Positions 24,718-33,951 of a stretch of DNA of 64,000 nt are shown here, one piece after another (within the stretch, counting starts at the first letter, position 1; each line of letters opens with the position of its first letter). The DNA lies in the NCBI GenBank assembly GCA_049322355.1, contig JBMORG010000027.1, positions 139,808 to 203,807 on the forward strand. Reading direction: 5' to 3'. This DNA comes from Thermodesulfobacteriota bacterium (lineage in GTDB: Bacteria > Desulfobacterota > Desulfobaccia > Desulfobaccales > 0-14-0-80-60-11). The notes beneath the pieces are model-generated. The model did not search any database. It saw nothing but the letters and a program-made list of their open reading frames with translations, and was not told the DNA's origin. The position numbers were made by a program, and so were the translations under genes.

Positions 24718-25761
24718 ATGGCCGAATTCAGCACCTATAAAGATGCCGGGGTCGATATCGAGAAGGCAGACGCCTTCATTAAAAATATCCGGCCTTTGGT
24801 TAAAGCCACTTACCGTACCGGGGTCCTGGGGGAGATCGGGTCCTTCGGCGGCATGTTTCATCTGGGGGTGGACCGCTATCGCGACCCCGTATTGGTATCC
24901 GCCACCGACGGGGTGGGGACCAAGCTGAAAATCGCTATCCTCATGAACCGCCACGACACAATCGGCATCGACCTGGTGGCCATGTGCGCCAACGACATTG
25001 TGGTCCATGGCGCCACCCCGTTGTTTTTTCTGGATTACCTGGCCATGGGGAAGCTGTCCACTGAAACCGCCACGCTCCTCATTGAAGGCATCGCTCACGG
25101 CTGCCGGTTGGCCCGCTGCTCCCTGATCGGCGGAGAAACCGCGGAGATGCCCGGCATCTATCAGCCCGGCGACTACGATTTGGCCGGCTTTGTGGTGGGG
25201 GTAGTGGAACGGGACGCCATCATCGACGGCTCGGATATTGCCGTAGGACACCGGATCATCGGCATCGCCTCCAGTGGCCTCCATGCCAACGGCTACTCCC
25301 TGGTGCGCCAGGTGCTGTTTGAGCGGCACCATTTGCAGGTGGACGACGAGATTCCGGAATTGGGCGGGCCCCTGGGAGAAGAACTCTTGAAACCCACCCG
25401 CATCTATGTAGAGACGGTGCTCAATCTGCTCCGGGACTTCCCGTTGAGCGGCATCTGCCATGTCACCGGCGGCGGCTTGACCGACAACCTGCCCCGTATT
25501 TTGCCCAAATCGTGCCAAGCCATCATCAAAAAGCACTCCTGGCCGGTGCCTCCTATATTCCATCTGCTTCGGGACCGGGGCAACATCCCGGAAGCTGAAA
25601 TGCTCAGGACCTTCAATAACGGCATCGGCCTGGTGCTCGTGGTCAGGGAAGAACACGAAGCCGATGTCCTTCTGCGTCTCCAAGGCCTGCACGAGGCAGG
25701 CTACGTCATCGGGGAAATCGTGGAACGCAAAAATGACGACCCGGCGCTGGTGTATATGTGA
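24718..25761 (+). CDS. purM: Phosphoribosylformylglycinamidine cyclo-ligase (AIR synthetase)
   Basis: 347 aa. YKDAGVDI, DGVGTK and GGETAEMPG motifs. Confidence 0.97.
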   Translation: MAEFSTYKDAGVDIEKADAFIKNIRPLVKATYRTGVLGEIGSFGGMFHLGVDRYRDPVLVSATDGVGTKLKIAILMNRHDTIGIDLVAMCANDIVVHGATPLFFLDYLAMGKLSTETATLLIEGIAHGCRLARCSLIGGETAEMPGIYQPGDYDLAGFVVGVVERDAIIDGSDIAVGHRIIGIASSGLHANGYSLVRQVLFERHHLQVDDEIPELGGPLGEELLKPTRIYVETVLNLLRDFPLSGICHVTGGGLTDNLPRILPKSCQAIIKKHSWPVPPIFHLLRDRGNIPEAEMLRTFNNGIGLVLVVREEHEADVLLRLQGLHEAGYVIGEIVERKNDDPALVYM

Positions 25762-25835
25762 TATCTTCCACCGCGCCAATCCAGCTTAGACGAGATGCGG
25801 CCGGGGTCCCAGACTGGATAAAATCTAACAAAATA

Positions 25836-25961
25836 TTGACAATTCTCTTTCAAATATGGTAAAAACTAGCAGTTTTTTAGCCCAGAGCTTGGATCCGGTT
25901 TAAGGCGGACTGAGACTCGGAGGGTGGTCTACCCCCAGAGGATCAGGTCTGGGGTTTTTTT
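25836..25961 (+). promoter_or_regulatory. Candidate promoter plus structured leader/attenuator (or small RNA) directly upstream of panC
   Basis: TTGACA at 25836 with an A/T-rich -10-like TAAAAA. Terminator-like hairpin CCCCAGA-ggatcagg-TCTGGGG followed by T7 (25933-25961) runs into the panC ATG. A second CCCAGA (25881) could pair with TCTGGG instead. Confidence 0.4.
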
Positions 25962-26825
25962 ATGGAGATAATCAGCGATCCACGAGATGTGGGGACCCTG
26001 GCCCGGCTATGGCGGGAGCAGGGATTTAAAGTGGCATTGGTGCCCACCATGGGCTTTTTCCACCAGGGGCATGTGAGCCTGATGGAATATGGGCGCACCA
26101 TCGCCGACCGGCTCGTGGTGAGCCTGTTTGTCAATCCCGCCCAGTTCGGGCCCGCCGAAGATTTGGCCCGTTATCCCCGGGATTTGGACCGGGATGCCCG
26201 CCTGGCCCTGGACGCGGGCGTTGACTGCCTCTACACCCCTGAGGTCGGGTCTATGTACCCGGCGGGGTACCAGACATATGTCGAGGTGGAGCAGCTTTCC
26301 CACGGCCTGTGTGGCGCTTCCCGGCCGGGCCATTTTCGGGGCGTGGCCACGGTGGTGCTCAAACTGTTCAATCAGGTAACACCTGAGGTGGCCATTTTTG
26401 GGGAAAAAGACTATCAGCAGTTGATGGTCGTGAAGCGCCTGGTAGCAGACCTGGACGTGCCGGTGGAAATTATTGGCCGGCCCATCGTCCGGGAGCCCGA
26501 CGGGCTGGCCATGAGCTCCCGGAATACTTATTTAAACCCGGAAGAACGGGCCGCAGCCCTCTGCCTCTTCCGGGGCATCCAGGCCGCCCGGGAATTGGTG
26601 GGTTCTGGGGCCAAAAGCCGGGAGGATATTTTGGCAGCGGTGGGTCAGATTATTACTGCGGCTCCTTACACCCGTATCGACTATGTGGATTTAGTGGACC
26701 CCCAGACCCTCCGGGAAGTTGACACCATTGAGGACGAAGCCCGATTGTTGCTGGCAGTATGGATCAATAAGACCCGCCTCATCGACAATACTTTGCTATC
26801 GGAGTCCCGTTTATGTTGCGTGTAA
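25962..26825 (+). CDS. panC: Pantoate-beta-alanine ligase
   Basis: VPTMGFFHQGHVSLM (HIGH-like motif), FVNPAQF and MSSRN motifs. Confidence 0.95.
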   Translation: MEIISDPRDVGTLARLWREQGFKVALVPTMGFFHQGHVSLMEYGRTIADRLVVSLFVNPAQFGPAEDLARYPRDLDRDARLALDAGVDCLYTPEVGSMYPAGYQTYVEVEQLSHGLCGASRPGHFRGVATVVLKLFNQVTPEVAIFGEKDYQQLMVVKRLVADLDVPVEIIGRPIVREPDGLAMSSRNTYLNPEERAAALCLFRGIQAARELVGSGAKSREDILAAVGQIITAAPYTRIDYVDLVDPQTLREVDTIEDEARLLLAVWINKTRLIDNTLLSESRLCCV

Positions 26826-27208
26826 TGATGAAATCCAAAATCCACCGGGCCACCATCACCCAGGCCGATATGCACTATGAAGGATCCCTCACCATATCCG
26901 CTGAACTGATGCGGGCGGCTGACATCCTGCCATATGAAATGGTCCACGTCTACAATATCTCCAACGGTGAGCGTTTCGAAACTTACGCCATTGAGGGCGC
27001 AGAAGATACCGGGGTGATCTGTTTAAACGGGGCCGCGGCCCGCAAAGGGGCCCCGGGAGATTTAATCATCATCACTACTTATGCCTCTTACGAGGGTTTG
27101 GAGTTGTCCCAGCATAAACCTAAAGTGGTCCTGGTGGACAGCAGCAATCGCCTGAAAAATACCTCCTCGGCGGAAAAACCCCTCGCTTTTTTCTCGGTTT
27201 CCAATTAA
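26813..27208 (+). CDS. panD: Aspartate 1-decarboxylase proenzyme
   Basis: MLRVMMKSKIHRATITQADMHYEGSLTI, including the self-cleavage G-S site. Overlaps panC by 13 nt. Confidence 0.95.
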   Translation: MLRVMMKSKIHRATITQADMHYEGSLTISAELMRAADILPYEMVHVYNISNGERFETYAIEGAEDTGVICLNGAAARKGAPGDLIIITTYASYEGLELSQHKPKVVLVDSSNRLKNTSSAEKPLAFFSVSN

Positions 27209-27223
27209 ACTAAGTCGGATATG

Positions 27224-27257
27224 GCGCGGGAGCTATCCCGCGCTTTGATTATTCTTT
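27224..27257 (+). terminator. Rho-independent terminator after panD
   Basis: GCGCGGGA-gcta-TCCCGCGC, an 8-bp stem followed by TTTGATTATTCTTT. Confidence 0.7.
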
Positions 27258-27277
27258 AATAAAGGAGTCCCCTAAGG

Positions 27278-28492
27278 ATGGCCAAATCCGAATTTCTCTT
27301 TACCTCGGAGTCCGTAACCGAGGGACATCCCGATAAAGTTGCGGACCAGATCTCCGACGCGATTTTGGACGGTATCCTGGCCCAAGACAAGTTCTCCCGT
27401 GTTGCCTGCGAAACTATGGTAACCACCGGCCTGGCCATGATTGCCGGAGAGATCACCACTAACGCCCGGGTGGATTTTCCCGTGATCGTGCGTGAAACCA
27501 TCAAAGAGATCGGCTATTGTGACTCCTCCATGGGCTTCGACTGGGAAACCTGCGCCGTGCTCACCTCCCTGGACCGGCAGTCTCCGGACATCGCCCAGGG
27601 GGTGGAAGGCCGGGGGTTGTCGGCGGAACAAGGGGCCGGCGATCAGGGACTGATGTTCGGCTATGCCTCCACCTCCACGGAACACCTGATGCCTATGCCC
27701 ATCTGGTACGCCCACCGGCTGGCCGAACGTCTGGCTAAAGTGCGAAAAACCGGCCGGTTGCCGTGGTTGCGCCCCGACGGCAAGACCCAGGTAACGGTGC
27801 GCTATGAAAACGGCACCCCCAAAAGCATCCACACCGTAGTCATCGCGGCCCAACATAACCCCGACATAAAATATGATGATTTGAAAGAGGCCATCGTAGA
27901 GGAAGTCATCAAAAAGACCATCCCGGCCGAACTTTTGGTGGACACCAAATTCCTGGTGAACACCACCGGCCGCTTTGTGGTGGGCGGTCCCTTAGGCGAC
28001 TGCGGCATCACCGGCCGCAAGATCATCGTGGATACCTATGGCGGCCGGGGCTATCACGGTGGCGGCGCCTTCTCGGGCAAAGATCCCACCAAGGTGGACC
28101 GCACCAGCTCTTACATGCTGCGCCACGTGGCCAAGAACGTGGTGGCCGCGGGCCTGGCCAAACGCTGCGAAGTCCAGGTAGCCTACTCCATCGGCTTGCC
28201 CGATCCCCTGTCCATCATGGTCTATACTTACGGCACCGCGGTCATTCCCGAGGAAAAAATCCTGAGCATCATCAAGGACACCTTCAGTTTTAAGCCCGCA
28301 GCCATGATCCAATACCTGGAGCTCCAGCGGCCCATCTTTAAGAAGACCGCAGCTTACGGCCATTTTGGCCGCACAGATCCTGACTTTACTTGGGAATACC
28401 TCAATAAAATTGATATCTTGCGGGAAAAGGCCGGGCTTAAAGGCCCCTCCCCCATCTGCACCTGCCAACCGGAAATTGCCCTGGTAAAATAA
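27278..28492 (+). CDS. metK: S-adenosylmethionine synthetase
   Basis: [27 protein letters not shown] and [16 protein letters not shown] motifs. Confidence 0.97.
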   Translation: MAKSEFLFTSESVTEGHPDKVADQISDAILDGILAQDKFSRVACETMVTTGLAMIAGEITTNARVDFPVIVRETIKEIGYCDSSMGFDWETCAVLTSLDRQSPDIAQGVEGRGLSAEQGAGDQGLMFGYASTSTEHLMPMPIWYAHRLAERLAKVRKTGRLPWLRPDGKTQVTVRYENGTPKSIHTVVIAAQHNPDIKYDDLKEAIVEEVIKKTIPAELLVDTKFLVNTTGRFVVGGPLGDCGITGRKIIVDTYGGRGYHGGGAFSGKDPTKVDRTSSYMLRHVAKNVVAAGLAKRCEVQVAYSIGLPDPLSIMVYTYGTAVIPEEKILSIIKDTFSFKPAAMIQYLELQRPIFKKTAAYGHFGRTDPDFTWEYLNKIDILREKAGLKGPSPICTCQPEIALVK

Positions 28493-28508
28493 GCGAAATG
28501 AGGCTCGC

Positions 28509-29765
28509 ATGAATTACGATGTGAAGGATATCAACTTGGCGGACAAAGGCCGCCTGCGGGTGGAGTGGGCCCGGCGGGATATGCCGGTGTTGAACGCCAT
28601 CCGGGAACGGTTTGAACGGGAAAAACCCCTGACCGGCCTTAGGCTTGCCGCCTGTTTGCACGTTACCACCGAAACCGCGGTGCTGGCCGCCACCTTGAAA
28701 GCCGGCGGGGCGCTGGTGCATGTCTGCGCCTCCAACCCCTTGAGCACCCAAGACGATGTTGCGGCCTACCTGGCCCTGCAAGAAGGCATTCCCACCTTTG
28801 CCATCAAAGGCGAGGACGGGGACACTTATTATCGTCACATTCACCAGGCCCTGGAGGTCAAGCCCCAAATGACCATGGATGACGGGGCCGACTTGGTCTT
28901 CACCGTCCACACCAAGCGCCAGGACCTCCTCCCCGACATTTTTGCCGGCACCGAAGAGACCACCACCGGGGTCATTCGCCTTAAGGCCATGGCCAAGGAT
29001 GGGGTATTGCGCTATCCCATCATCGCAGTGAATGACGCCATGACCAAGTATCTCTTCGACAACCGCTACGGCACCGGCCAGAGCACCATGGACGGTATCC
29101 TGCGGGCCACCAACCGGTTGATGTCCGGCAGCATCTTTGTGGTGGCCGGCTATGGTTGGTGCGGCCGGGGCTTGGCCATGCGGGCCCGGGGCATGGGCGC
29201 CCGGGTGATCATCACCGAAGTCAACCCCCTCAAAGCCCTGGAAGCCCTGATGGACGGCTATGAAGTCCTGCCCATGGAGCAGGCTGCGCGTGTCGGCGAC
29301 ATTTTCTGCACCCTCACCGGCGACATCAATGTCATCCGGGAAGAGCATTTCGTCCTGATGAAAGACGGTGCCATCCTCTCCAATTCCGGGCACTTTAACG
29401 TAGAGATCGACATTCCGGCTCTTGAGCGCATCAGCACTACCCGGCGCCCGATTCGGGAGTCGGTGGAAGAATTTACCCTGAAAAACGGTAATTGCCTCTA
29501 TGTGCTGGCCGAAGGCCGCCTGGTCAATCTGGCTGCGGCGGAAGGCCACCCCTCGGCGGTTATGGATATGAGCTTTGCCAATCAGGCCCTGGCCGCGGAA
29601 TTCATTTCCAAAAACCACCAGAAGTTCGCCAAACAGGTCTATCCGGTCCCCGAGGATATCGATAAAGAAATCGCCCGCTTGAAACTCGCGGCCATGCAGG
29701 TGGAAATCGACACCCTGACGCCCGAACAGGAAAAATATCTGGCCTCCTACGATTTAGGGACCTAA
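28509..29765 (+). CDS. ahcY: Adenosylhomocysteinase
   Basis: 418 aa. [33 protein letters not shown] and HFNVEID motifs. Confidence 0.97.
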   Translation: MNYDVKDINLADKGRLRVEWARRDMPVLNAIRERFEREKPLTGLRLAACLHVTTETAVLAATLKAGGALVHVCASNPLSTQDDVAAYLALQEGIPTFAIKGEDGDTYYRHIHQALEVKPQMTMDDGADLVFTVHTKRQDLLPDIFAGTEETTTGVIRLKAMAKDGVLRYPIIAVNDAMTKYLFDNRYGTGQSTMDGILRATNRLMSGSIFVVAGYGWCGRGLAMRARGMGARVIITEVNPLKALEALMDGYEVLPMEQAARVGDIFCTLTGDINVIREEHFVLMKDGAILSNSGHFNVEIDIPALERISTTRRPIRESVEEFTLKNGNCLYVLAEGRLVNLAAAEGHPSAVMDMSFANQALAAEFISKNHQKFAKQVYPVPEDIDKEIARLKLAAMQVEIDTLTPEQEKYLASYDLGT

Positions 29766-29785
29766 AAGCAGGGGTCAGTCTGGCA

Positions 29786-29806
29786 GGGCGGGCCTCCGTG
29801 CCCGCC
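29786..29806 (+). repeat. GC hairpin GGGCGGGCCTCCGTGCCCGCC after ahcY
   Basis: Stem GGCGGG/CCCGCC. The same motif occurs reverse-complemented at 21258-21278, and variants at 45878-45896 and 55028-45. Confidence 0.7.
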
Positions 29807-29855
29807 GCCAACCGGGTATTTTTAAGGGTCAGGGGTAATATGCTATTGAAATTAT

Positions 29856-30140
29856 CCGGTTGACTCCCGTAACCACTATATGTTGATTTTTAATTAAAGA
29901 CCCCATAAATGGATTTTTAATAAACTTTCGCTCATAACAAAGCGGCTTTATTCCCTCCCCCTTGATGGGGGAGGGTTAGGGTGGGGGTGGAATCTTAGGT
30001 TATACAGAGGTGTTGCCCAGACAACCCCCTCCCCACCAACCCCCTCCAACCAGGGGAGGGGGAGTTTCCGAATCAGGTTTATCTGATGGAACTTCGGGCT
30101 TCCGCTCATGCCATATATAGTGGTAAAGAGAATCAACCGG
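29856..30140. repeat. About 285-bp MITE-like unit: outer about 26-bp inverted arms enclosing family 1 copy 3
   Basis: Left arm CCGGTTGActcccgtAACCACTATAT (29856-29881); right arm ATATAGTGGTaaagagaATCAACCGG (30115-30140). Family 1 element sits centrally at 29952-30063. Confidence 0.7.
29952..30063 (+). repeat. Family 1 bipartite element, copy 3
   Basis: TCCCTCCCCCTTGATGGGGGAGGGTTAGGGTGGGGGTGG ... CCCCCTCCCCACCAACCCCCTCCAACCAGGGGAGGGGGAG. Confidence 0.85.
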
Positions 30141-30245
30141 ATAGCCCCACATGCTTTTAACTTTTAGCATTGAACTCATCGAGCGGTGGCTTTACTGACT
30201 CTAATCCCTGGTTCCTAACCCCTGGTCCCTGACTCCTGCAACAAA

Positions 30246-31664
30246 ATGACTGAAATCAAATTCGGCACTTCCGGTTGGCGTGGAATTCTGGCGGAGGATT
30301 TCACTTTTGCCAACGCCCGCTTGGTGTGCCAGGGCATTGCCGATTATCTGAAACAGGAAGCTTTGGCTCATCAGGGAGTGGTAATTGGCTATGATACCCG
30401 CTTTCTCTCCGAAGCCTTTGCCGCGGCCGCAGCCGAAGTGATGGCTGGAAACGGCATCACCAGTCATTTCACCCTCCGGGATTGTCCGACACCGGCGGTG
30501 AGTTGGGCCATCCGGGAAGGGAAGAACGCCGGTGGCATCAACATTACGGCCAGCCACAATCCCCCCGAATATAACGGCATCAAGTTTTCTCCTGCTACCG
30601 GCGGGCCTGCACCCTCAATGGTTACCAATGCCATCGAATCTCTCATCGCCGATCTGAACCCTGCCGTGATAAAAACCATGCCCCTGGACCAGGCCCGGAA
30701 ACAGGGTCTGGTTCTGGATCTGGACCCTCGAGGTTCCTATTTTCAGCATCTCCAGGAACTGATAGACACCGAAGTGCTAAAGCGCTCGGGCCTCAAAGTG
30801 GTGGCGGATGTCATGTTCGGCACCGGCCGGGATTATCTGGATGCCTTCCTGGAGGAGGCGGGAGTGCAGGTGGAAACCCTCAACGGCTATCGGGACGCCT
30901 ACTTCGGTGGGCACCGGCCGGAGCCAGCCGAGGAATTCCTTCAGGATCTTTCGGTCCGAATCAAGGCCACCGGCGCCCATTTGGGCCTGGCGGTGGACGC
31001 CGACGCCGACCGCTTCGGGGTTATGGACGCCGCAGGCGTTTATCGGGATGCCAACACCATCCTGGCCCTGCTTTTCGATTATCTCATCGAAACCCGGGGC
31101 TGGGAGGGGGGCGTGGCCCGCAGTGTAGCCACCACCCATCTGATTGATCGGGTCGCCGCCCGTCACCGCCGCCCGGTCTTCGTCACCAAGGTGGGCTTCA
31201 AGCATCTGGGGCAATTTATTATTGAAGACCAGGTCCTCATGATAGGAGAAGAGAGCGATGGCTTCTCCATGAAACACCATCTGCCTGAAAAGGATGGAAT
31301 TTTAGCCTGCGTCTTGGTGGCCGAAATGGTGGCCAGGACAGGCAAGGGCCTCCCGGAACTGATCGACGGCCTGTTCGCCAAGGTCGGCCCGGTTTACAAC
31401 CGCCGCCTCAATTTCTCCCTGGCCCCTGAGGTTAAGGAACGGCTTTTGGTTAAACTTCAGACCGCTCCGGTCCGTTTTGCCGGCCTGGCAGTTAAGGAGC
31501 ACCTCACCCTGGACGGACACAAGTACGTCTTAGAGAATGGCAGTTGGGTCTGTTTCCGCCCTTCCGGCACTGAACCCGTAGTGCGCTTCTACTTCGAAGC
31601 ATCCTCACTGGAGGAACTGGAGCGGTTGCAGCGCGCGGGAGAAGCTTTGATCCGGGGAGCCTGA
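30246..31664 (+). CDS. Phosphoglucomutase/phosphomannomutase family (alpha-D-phosphohexomutase)
   Basis: FGTSGWRG N-terminus, active-site loop NITASHNPPEYNGIKF, metal loop AVDADADR. Confidence 0.9.
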   Translation: MTEIKFGTSGWRGILAEDFTFANARLVCQGIADYLKQEALAHQGVVIGYDTRFLSEAFAAAAAEVMAGNGITSHFTLRDCPTPAVSWAIREGKNAGGINITASHNPPEYNGIKFSPATGGPAPSMVTNAIESLIADLNPAVIKTMPLDQARKQGLVLDLDPRGSYFQHLQELIDTEVLKRSGLKVVADVMFGTGRDYLDAFLEEAGVQVETLNGYRDAYFGGHRPEPAEEFLQDLSVRIKATGAHLGLAVDADADRFGVMDAAGVYRDANTILALLFDYLIETRGWEGGVARSVATTHLIDRVAARHRRPVFVTKVGFKHLGQFIIEDQVLMIGEESDGFSMKHHLPEKDGILACVLVAEMVARTGKGLPELIDGLFAKVGPVYNRRLNFSLAPEVKERLLVKLQTAPVRFAGLAVKEHLTLDGHKYVLENGSWVCFRPSGTEPVVRFYFEASSLEELERLQRAGEALIRGA

Positions 31665-31665
31665 A

Positions 31666-32292
31666 ATGCCGGCAATGAACCTGCCTTACCTCATGCAAGC
31701 CGCCCTCATGGCCATAGTGCTGCTGTTTTCCGTCATAATCCATGAGGTGGCCCACGGGTACGTGGCCCTCCTGAACGGCGACCCTACCGCCAAAATGCTG
31801 GGCCGCATTACTTTAAATCCGGCGCCCCACATCGACCTCATCGGCACCATCATTCTGCCTCTGCTGCTCCTGATCTCCCAATCCGGCATTATCTTCGGCT
31901 GGGCCAAGCCGGTGCCGGTCAACCCCCTTAACTATCGCAACTACCGCTGGGGAGAGTTCGCGGTGAGCGCCGCTGGTCCCGTGAGCAACCTGGTCCTGGC
32001 CGCACTCTTTTCCGTCTTGGTGCGTATGGGGTTCGACAACCCGGGTCTTATGCAGATGGCCTACTTTGGCGTGAGCATCAACATCTTTCTGGCCCTGTTC
32101 AACCTGATCCCCATTCCGCCTCTGGACGGCTCCCATATCCTGGCTCTCTTCCTGCCTCGGGAACTGGCCCGAATGTATGACTACCTGCAACCGGTGGGGT
32201 TCATCCTCATTCTGATCCTGTTTTACACGGGGATCATGGGGTATATCCTCATGCCGGTATATCGCCAAATTGCCTCAATGCTGCTGGGATAA
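31666..32292 (+). CDS. Site-2 protease family (peptidase M50) membrane metalloprotease
   Basis: HEVAHG zinc motif within TM1, several TM helices, NLIPIPPLDG motif. Confidence 0.8.
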   Translation: MPAMNLPYLMQAALMAIVLLFSVIIHEVAHGYVALLNGDPTAKMLGRITLNPAPHIDLIGTIILPLLLLISQSGIIFGWAKPVPVNPLNYRNYRWGEFAVSAAGPVSNLVLAALFSVLVRMGFDNPGLMQMAYFGVSINIFLALFNLIPIPPLDGSHILALFLPRELARMYDYLQPVGFILILILFYTGIMGYILMPVYRQIASMLLG

Positions 32293-32516
32293 GTTCAAGG
32301 TTCAAGATTTAGAGAAAAAAAGAAGGCCCCATAGCCGCCAGATGCCGATGTAAAAGCCACTGCCTATATCTGCCAAGAATTATTATTTAATTGACTTTTG
32401 TTCATAAATTCTGTCTTGCGCAGAAGAGATTTAAAGTTATACAATTAAAAAGGTACAAGAGGATTCATAAATCCTCCTGCCGATTTCTCTGATTACCTTC
32501 ACGAGGAGTTCTTGAT

Positions 32517-33791
32517 ATGGATAAATGTCCTCATGGAGCCGATCCCAAGTCCTGCGGCGAAGACCCCAAGTCTTGCGAGGGCTGTGATCCGGCTCATCAT
32601 GCCCAAGCTAAAGACCAGGAAGAGCGGGAACTGGCCCGGGCTCTGAAGCAGATTCGTCATAAACTGGTGGTGATGAGCGGCAAGGGCGGCGTAGGCAAAA
32701 GCAGCGTCGCGGTCAGCCTGGCCCTATCCCTGGCCCGCCGGGGCAAAAAGGTGGGGTTGATGGATGTGGACCTCCATGGCCCCAACGTCCTGAGGATGCT
32801 GGGCTTGAAGCAGCCTCTGGATTTGACCCACGCCCAGTTTGCCTTGCCCCCGGACCTCTTTGACAATCTCCGGGTCATCTCCATCGAGGTCCTGATGCGG
32901 GACCGGGACATGGCGGTGATCTGGCGGGGCCCTTTGAAGCACCAGCTTATCCGCCAGTTTATCAGCGAAGTGCAGTGGGGCGACCTGGATTATCTGGTGG
33001 TGGATTCGCCTCCAGGTACCGGGGATGAGCCTATGAGCGTGGCCCAGACCATCCCCGATGCCCAGGCCGTCATCATCACCACCCCCCAGGAGATTTCCCT
33101 GGCGGATGTGCGGAAGTCCCTAAATTTCTGTGAAAAAATCAATATGAAAGTGGTGGGGATCGTGGAGAACATGAGCGGCTACGCCTGCCCCCACTGCGGG
33201 GAGAACCTTCCCTTGTTCAAAAGCGGCGGCGGCCTAAAAACCGCCCAGGCCGCCAAGGTTCCCTTCCTGGGGGCTCTGCCTTTCGATCCCCAGGTGGTGG
33301 AGGCCGCGGACCAGGGCCGGCTCCTGGAAGTTAAAGAGGCGGACAGCCCCTTTTTCCAGGCAATAAAGCCCATCGTGGAATACATCCTGGAGACCCTCCC
33401 CGCAACGGCGGCCCCCAGACGGGAACCCGGGGTTATGAAATTTGCTCTGCCGGTGGACGACGGCAAATTGAGCGATAAGTTCGGCCATGCTTCCCACTTC
33501 GCCATCTTCAAGGTCAAAGACGGCACAGTCGGCCCCAAGGAACTCTTGGCCAGTCCGCCCCACGAACCCGGGGGCATCCCCGAATGGTTGGACGACTTAG
33601 GCGTAACCCATGTCATCGCCGGGACTCTGGGTGAGAAGGCCCAGGGATTGTTGAGCAAAAAAGGCATCGAAGTGGTGGCTGGCGCTCCCCTGGAAGCTCC
33701 AGAAGCATTGGTCGAGAAGTATCTCAACAAGACCCTGGCCACCAGTCCCCGGGAACATCCGGGCGCCTGCGGTCAGTGTTCCACGCCCTGA
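32517..33791 (+). CDS. mrp: Mrp/NBP35 (ApbC) Fe-S cluster carrier ATPase fused to a C-terminal NifX/NifB-type (dinitrogenase FeMo-cofactor-binding-like) domain
   Basis: Deviant Walker A MSGKGGVGKSSV, CPHCG cluster-bridging motif. C-terminal roughly 110 aa, MKFALPVDDGKLSDKFGHASHFAIF...VTHVIAG, resembles PF02579. Cys/His-rich N-terminal leader. Confidence 0.85.
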   Translation: MDKCPHGADPKSCGEDPKSCEGCDPAHHAQAKDQEERELARALKQIRHKLVVMSGKGGVGKSSVAVSLALSLARRGKKVGLMDVDLHGPNVLRMLGLKQPLDLTHAQFALPPDLFDNLRVISIEVLMRDRDMAVIWRGPLKHQLIRQFISEVQWGDLDYLVVDSPPGTGDEPMSVAQTIPDAQAVIITTPQEISLADVRKSLNFCEKINMKVVGIVENMSGYACPHCGENLPLFKSGGGLKTAQAAKVPFLGALPFDPQVVEAADQGRLLEVKEADSPFFQAIKPIVEYILETLPATAAPRREPGVMKFALPVDDGKLSDKFGHASHFAIFKVKDGTVGPKELLASPPHEPGGIPEWLDDLGVTHVIAGTLGEKAQGLLSKKGIEVVAGAPLEAPEALVEKYLNKTLATSPREHPGACGQCSTP

Positions 33792-33833
33792 AGGCCAAAA
33801 GTAGCCCAGACTAAGCTTGAACTGATCGTCACC

Positions 33834-33870
33834 GGGGGAAAAGGGAGTCAGCCTTTTCCCCCTTTCTGTT
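33834..33870. terminator. Strong hairpin terminator between convergent mrp and nuoN
   Basis: GGGGGAAAAGG-gagtcag-CCTTTTCCCCC, an 11-bp stem followed by TTTCTGTTT on the plus strand. Confidence 0.75.
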
Positions 33871-33951
33871 TAAAGGGTTGCCGCCCTCTGCCTTCCATAC
33901 TCTTCCAGTTGCAGTCTCTTGACAACATTTGATAGCAGAGACCGGATATGT

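Noticed and set aside
24217-25779. 520-aa ORF antisense to purM and the DUF134 gene
   Set aside because: Reverse-frame artefact of two well-supported plus-strand genes.
27209-27277. SAM riboswitch upstream of metK
   Set aside because: Only 69 nt separate panD and metK. Most of that is a simple terminator hairpin, which is too short for any known SAM riboswitch class.
28437-29618. 393-aa ORF antisense to ahcY, and similar ORFs at 27272..27856 and 27992..28510 opposite metK
   Set aside because: The opposite-strand genes are near-certain housekeeping enzymes, and no independent signals support these ORFs.
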